Positions 44,803 through 47,242 of a stretch of 47,242 nucleotides of DNA are shown here, piece after piece. The notes beneath the pieces are model-generated. The model did not search any database. It was not told the DNA's origin and worked only from the letters and a program-made list of their open reading frames with translations. This DNA comes from Thermoplasmata archaeon. GTDB lineage: Archaea > Thermoplasmatota > Thermoplasmata > Lutacidiplasmatales > UBA184. The stretch spans positions 1 to 47,242 of the forward strand of contig JAKATE010000001.1 of NCBI GenBank assembly GCA_021828085.1, in the 5' to 3' direction. The stretch's first letter is position 1; each line of letters opens with the position of its first letter. The translations under genes and the position numbers were made by a program.

Positions 44803-46493
44803 TGCCCGGCTCGCCGCCGTCGAGGGGGGAGACGCCGGAAGGGGTGATCGCGGCGGACGGCCTGACCTACCTGCGCCTCTTCCGGCGTTTTCCCACCCGG
44901 GCTTCGGTGCCCGGCTTCCCGGCCCTCGGGCGGACGGACGCCCCGCTCGAGTCGGTCCTGCGTCTGCGCGGGATCCCTCCCGCCGAGGCGCTCCGCCAGG
45001 TCCGCGAGGACCTCGCCCATCTCGAGGCGGACCTCCGCGGCCTCCGGGACCGTTCCGATCCTCGCCGGGCAACGCTGGAGCCGCAGCTCGAGGGGGCTGA
45101 GCGGCTCGAGCACGGGCTCGTGCGACGCCAGACCCGCCTCTGGGAGGTGCTCTGGGGGCTCCGGGAGTCCTCCCGACGGGGCAGGCCTTCCACCCTCGCC
45201 GGGACCCAGGGAGCCTTGGAGTCCGAGGGGGCCCGCTTCTGGAACTCCCGCTGGAGGAGCGCACCCTTCCGCGAGGCCCTCCGCCCGGGGGGGCGGACAC
45301 GGCCGGAGTGGTTCCACCGGCTCGACGAGGAGGGGCTGGCCGCGCTCCTCCCGCTCTGGGAGGACCGCGCGACGGAGCTCGAGGGTGTGCTGCTGGGGAT
45401 GCACGCCGAGAACGGGACCCCGGTCTTCCTCGACCGCTTCCGGCACCCGCACCACTCCTCCGCCATCCTCGGGGAGACCGGCAGCGGCAAGAGCTATGCG
45501 AGCGCGCTCGGGCTCCTGCGTGCGCGCTGGGCGCACCCGGACCTCAGCGTCTTCGTCCTCGACCCGCTGGGCGGCCTGGCACGCTTCGTGGGTCTCCTCG
45601 GAGGGCATGTGGTGGTTCCCGGCCGGGGGGCCCTTCCGATCAACCCGCTCGATCCGGCCACCTCCGGCGGGGATGTGCGCCGGAAGATCGCGACGGTCTC
45701 GGTGATGCTCCGTGCGCTCTACCCCTCGCTGCACGATGAGGAGGCGGCCGTGCTCGACGTGGCACTCGAGGAGCTCTACCGGCGGTCAGGGGACCGCTCC
45801 CCGCAGCTGGGAGACCTCCTCACGTCGCTTAGGCAGCGGCTCCCGGCCGACCACCGGTTGCTCGCCCTCCTCCAGACCGCGGTCACGGGCTCCCTTGCCG
45901 GGCTCGACGGTCCGACACGATGGGACCTCGGGGGACCGCTCTGGGGCTTCGACCTCTCCCGGATCACGCCGGCCGAGCTCCCCTTCCTCCTCGTGCTCCT
46001 GCTCGACTTCATCGAGGGGGAGCTCCGGGGGCGGGAGGGGCCGAAGCTGCTCATCATCGACGAGGTCCACTACCTCTTCCGCTCCTCCGCCACCGCCGGT
46101 TACCTCGACCAGCTCGTCCGCCACGTCCGTCACTTCCGCACCGGTGTCGAGCTGCTCAGCCAGAGCCCCAACGACCTCACTGGGTCCGCGGCGGGGCGCG
46201 CCATCCTGGCCAACCTGGATTCCCTGCTCCTGCTCCGATTGAGGGAAGGAGGGCGCTCGCTCGGGGCGATCTACCCGCTGGCCGAGGAGGAGCGCGCAAG
46301 CCTTCGAGCGGCGCCGCTCCCCCGGGACCAGGGGTATTCGGGGGGACTGCTGCTTACCGGGGGTCGCCACTTGCCGGTCGCCATTCTCGCCTCTCCCGCC
46401 GAGGATGCCCTCCTTCGGGCGGGCTTCGACCGGGAGGGGAGCGAGCTCGCGGAAAACTCCGAGGGGAGCCGAGCGGGCGTGTCGGACCCGTGA
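44802..46493 (+). CDS. VirB4/TrbE/CedB-type conjugation ATPase
   Basis: GETGSGKS (Walker A, 45471-45494), FVLDPLGG, LPINPLDP, LLIIDEVHYLF (Walker B, 46047-46070), ELLSQSPNDL. The N-terminal domain has GLTYLRLFRRFPTRASVPGF...ESVLRLRGIPPAEA, typical of VirB4-like proteins. Confidence 0.8.
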   Translation: MPGSPPSRGETPEGVIAADGLTYLRLFRRFPTRASVPGFPALGRTDAPLESVLRLRGIPPAEALRQVREDLAHLEADLRGLRDRSDPRRATLEPQLEGAERLEHGLVRRQTRLWEVLWGLRESSRRGRPSTLAGTQGALESEGARFWNSRWRSAPFREALRPGGRTRPEWFHRLDEEGLAALLPLWEDRATELEGVLLGMHAENGTPVFLDRFRHPHHSSAILGETGSGKSYASALGLLRARWAHPDLSVFVLDPLGGLARFVGLLGGHVVVPGRGALPINPLDPATSGGDVRRKIATVSVMLRALYPSLHDEEAAVLDVALEELYRRSGDRSPQLGDLLTSLRQRLPADHRLLALLQTAVTGSLAGLDGPTRWDLGGPLWGFDLSRITPAELPFLLVLLLDFIEGELRGREGPKLLIIDEVHYLFRSSATAGYLDQLVRHVRHFRTGVELLSQSPNDLTGSAAGRAILANLDSLLLLRLREGGRSLGAIYPLAEEERASLRAAPLPRDQGYSGGLLLTGGRHLPVAILASPAEDALLRAGFDREGSELAENSEGSRAGVSDP

Positions 46494-46516
46494 CCGGTTC
46501 CGGTGCAGCGCCGGGC

Positions 46517-46524
46517 TTTATGTA
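46517..46524 (+). promoter_or_regulatory. TATA-like box for 46550 gene
   Basis: TTTATGTA, 26-33 nt upstream of ATG 46550. Confidence 0.4.
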
Positions 46525-46549
46525 GGGCCAAACGGAAATCGTCCGACAC

Positions 46550-47017
46550 ATGTCCGACGTTTCTCCCTCCTCCCCGCCGCGCGCACGTCCGACCCCCTGG
46601 TCCGTCCGGAAGATCGTCGAGCAGGTGACGGGCCAGCCTCTCAGCGCGGTGCAGGGGAACGGGCCGGCACCCCCCCTCCGCGGGAGGTCGCCGGGGGAGC
46701 CTCGCCTGGGCCTGCCGGCCTTCCTGCCCGGCGGCCTCGGTGAGGACGCCCCCGCTTCCCTCCCCCTCCCCCATCCTCTCCATTTCGGCCCGCTCGGCGA
46801 CGAGCAGAGTGGGGAGCGCGCGCTCCCCCATGGGGAGGGGCACCGGGCCGGGGGGGACCGCCCCGCCTCCAAGGGACCCCGCTCCGGCGCCCTCGAGCTC
46901 GAGCGCGTCTACCTCCACTATCTGCTCCTCCACCTGGACCGGCTCGGCGAGCCCGCGCTCAAGTACCTGCGGCATGCCGTGGAAGAGGAGTGCCGGGACC
47001 GGGGCTGGGAGCCCTAG
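46550..47017 (+). CDS. hypothetical protein
   Basis: 155-aa ORF with G/C-rich third positions, its own promoter-like box, and a helical C-terminus (LELERVYLHYLLLHLDRLGEPALKYLRHAVEEECRDRGW). No motif recognised. Confidence 0.45.
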   Translation: MSDVSPSSPPRARPTPWSVRKIVEQVTGQPLSAVQGNGPAPPLRGRSPGEPRLGLPAFLPGGLGEDAPASLPLPHPLHFGPLGDEQSGERALPHGEGHRAGGDRPASKGPRSGALELERVYLHYLLLHLDRLGEPALKYLRHAVEEECRDRGWEP

Positions 47018-47026
47018 AGGACCGCT

Positions 47027-47242
47027 CTACCTTCCCGCCGCCGTGGCGGAGGGCGGGGAAGACTGTGGGGGAACGTACCGGAGCAGGAGCACGCCCTCCA
47101 CGGCCGCCCAGAGGAGCACGGGGGCGAGGATGAGCCGTTCCATCCCCCCTACCTGGAGCGGACCGTAGGTTCCCGCGGCGAAGAGTCCGACGGCCACGAG
47201 ACCGACGGCACCGGAGAGGACGGAGTAGATCTCCAGATCGGA
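47027..47242 (-). CDS. membrane protein, C-terminal fragment (5' end outside window)
   Basis: The - strand frame is open from the window edge to TAG (47029-47027). Translation SDLEIYSVLSGAVGLVAVGLFAAGTYGPLQVGGMERLILAPVLLWAAVEGVLLLRYVPP shows two hydrophobic helices. Not in the ORF track. Confidence 0.45.
   Translation of the reverse strand, partial: SDLEIYSVLSGAVGLVAVGLFAAGTYGPLQVGGMERLILAPVLLWAAVEGVLLLRYVPPQSSPPSATAAGR

Overview
Very GC-rich (about 70% by eye, not computed) 47-kb chromosomal segment that reads as archaeal. Evidence: archaeal/eukaryal-type TrpRS, Sua5, a half-size four-helix heme A synthase, a Sulfolobus-type single-OB SSB, an aquaporin, and short AT-rich TATA-like boxes 24-34 nt upstream of many start codons (mostly leaderless mRNAs). 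Lineage was not determined. The left 36 kb is mainly housekeeping and metabolism. It holds heme-copper oxidase subunit I (with an unusual ~250-aa N-terminal extension)-ctaA-ctaB, MFS, GNAT and a sugar nucleotidyltransferase. Next come a DhnA/LsrF-type aldolase + Zn-ADH + class III aminotransferase, a LysO-like exporter, PadR + ABC-2 exporter and an aquaporin. A small patch of uncharacterised genes follows (unknown protein, PD-(D/E)xK-like nuclease, membrane protein, cupredoxin-like protein). The rest is purE-purK, sua5, icd, HAD, TrxR-like, carA-carB, truA, a RAM-domain protein, ssb, glnA/lrp and trpS. The stand-out is 36.7-46.5 kb, a tightly coupled same-strand operon. It starts with a 1782-aa PKD/Ig-repeat, heavily sequon-decorated, C-terminally anchored surface protein. 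That is followed by a VirB2/TrbC-like pilin candidate, a ~7-helix VirB6/CedA-like membrane protein, a VirB3-like hairpin protein, a small multi-helix protein reached only through a frame discontinuity, and a VirB4/TrbE-type ATPase. I read this as a Ced/Ted-like or conjugation-like pilus machine fused in one operon to a giant adhesin. No relaxase, VirD4, integrase or att/tRNA is in view. No rRNA, tRNA, CRISPR, transposase or integrase was found. All calls come from motif recognition by eye; no database search or computation was run. Because of the GC content almost every gene carries long antisense or off-frame shadow ORFs, which I rejected.
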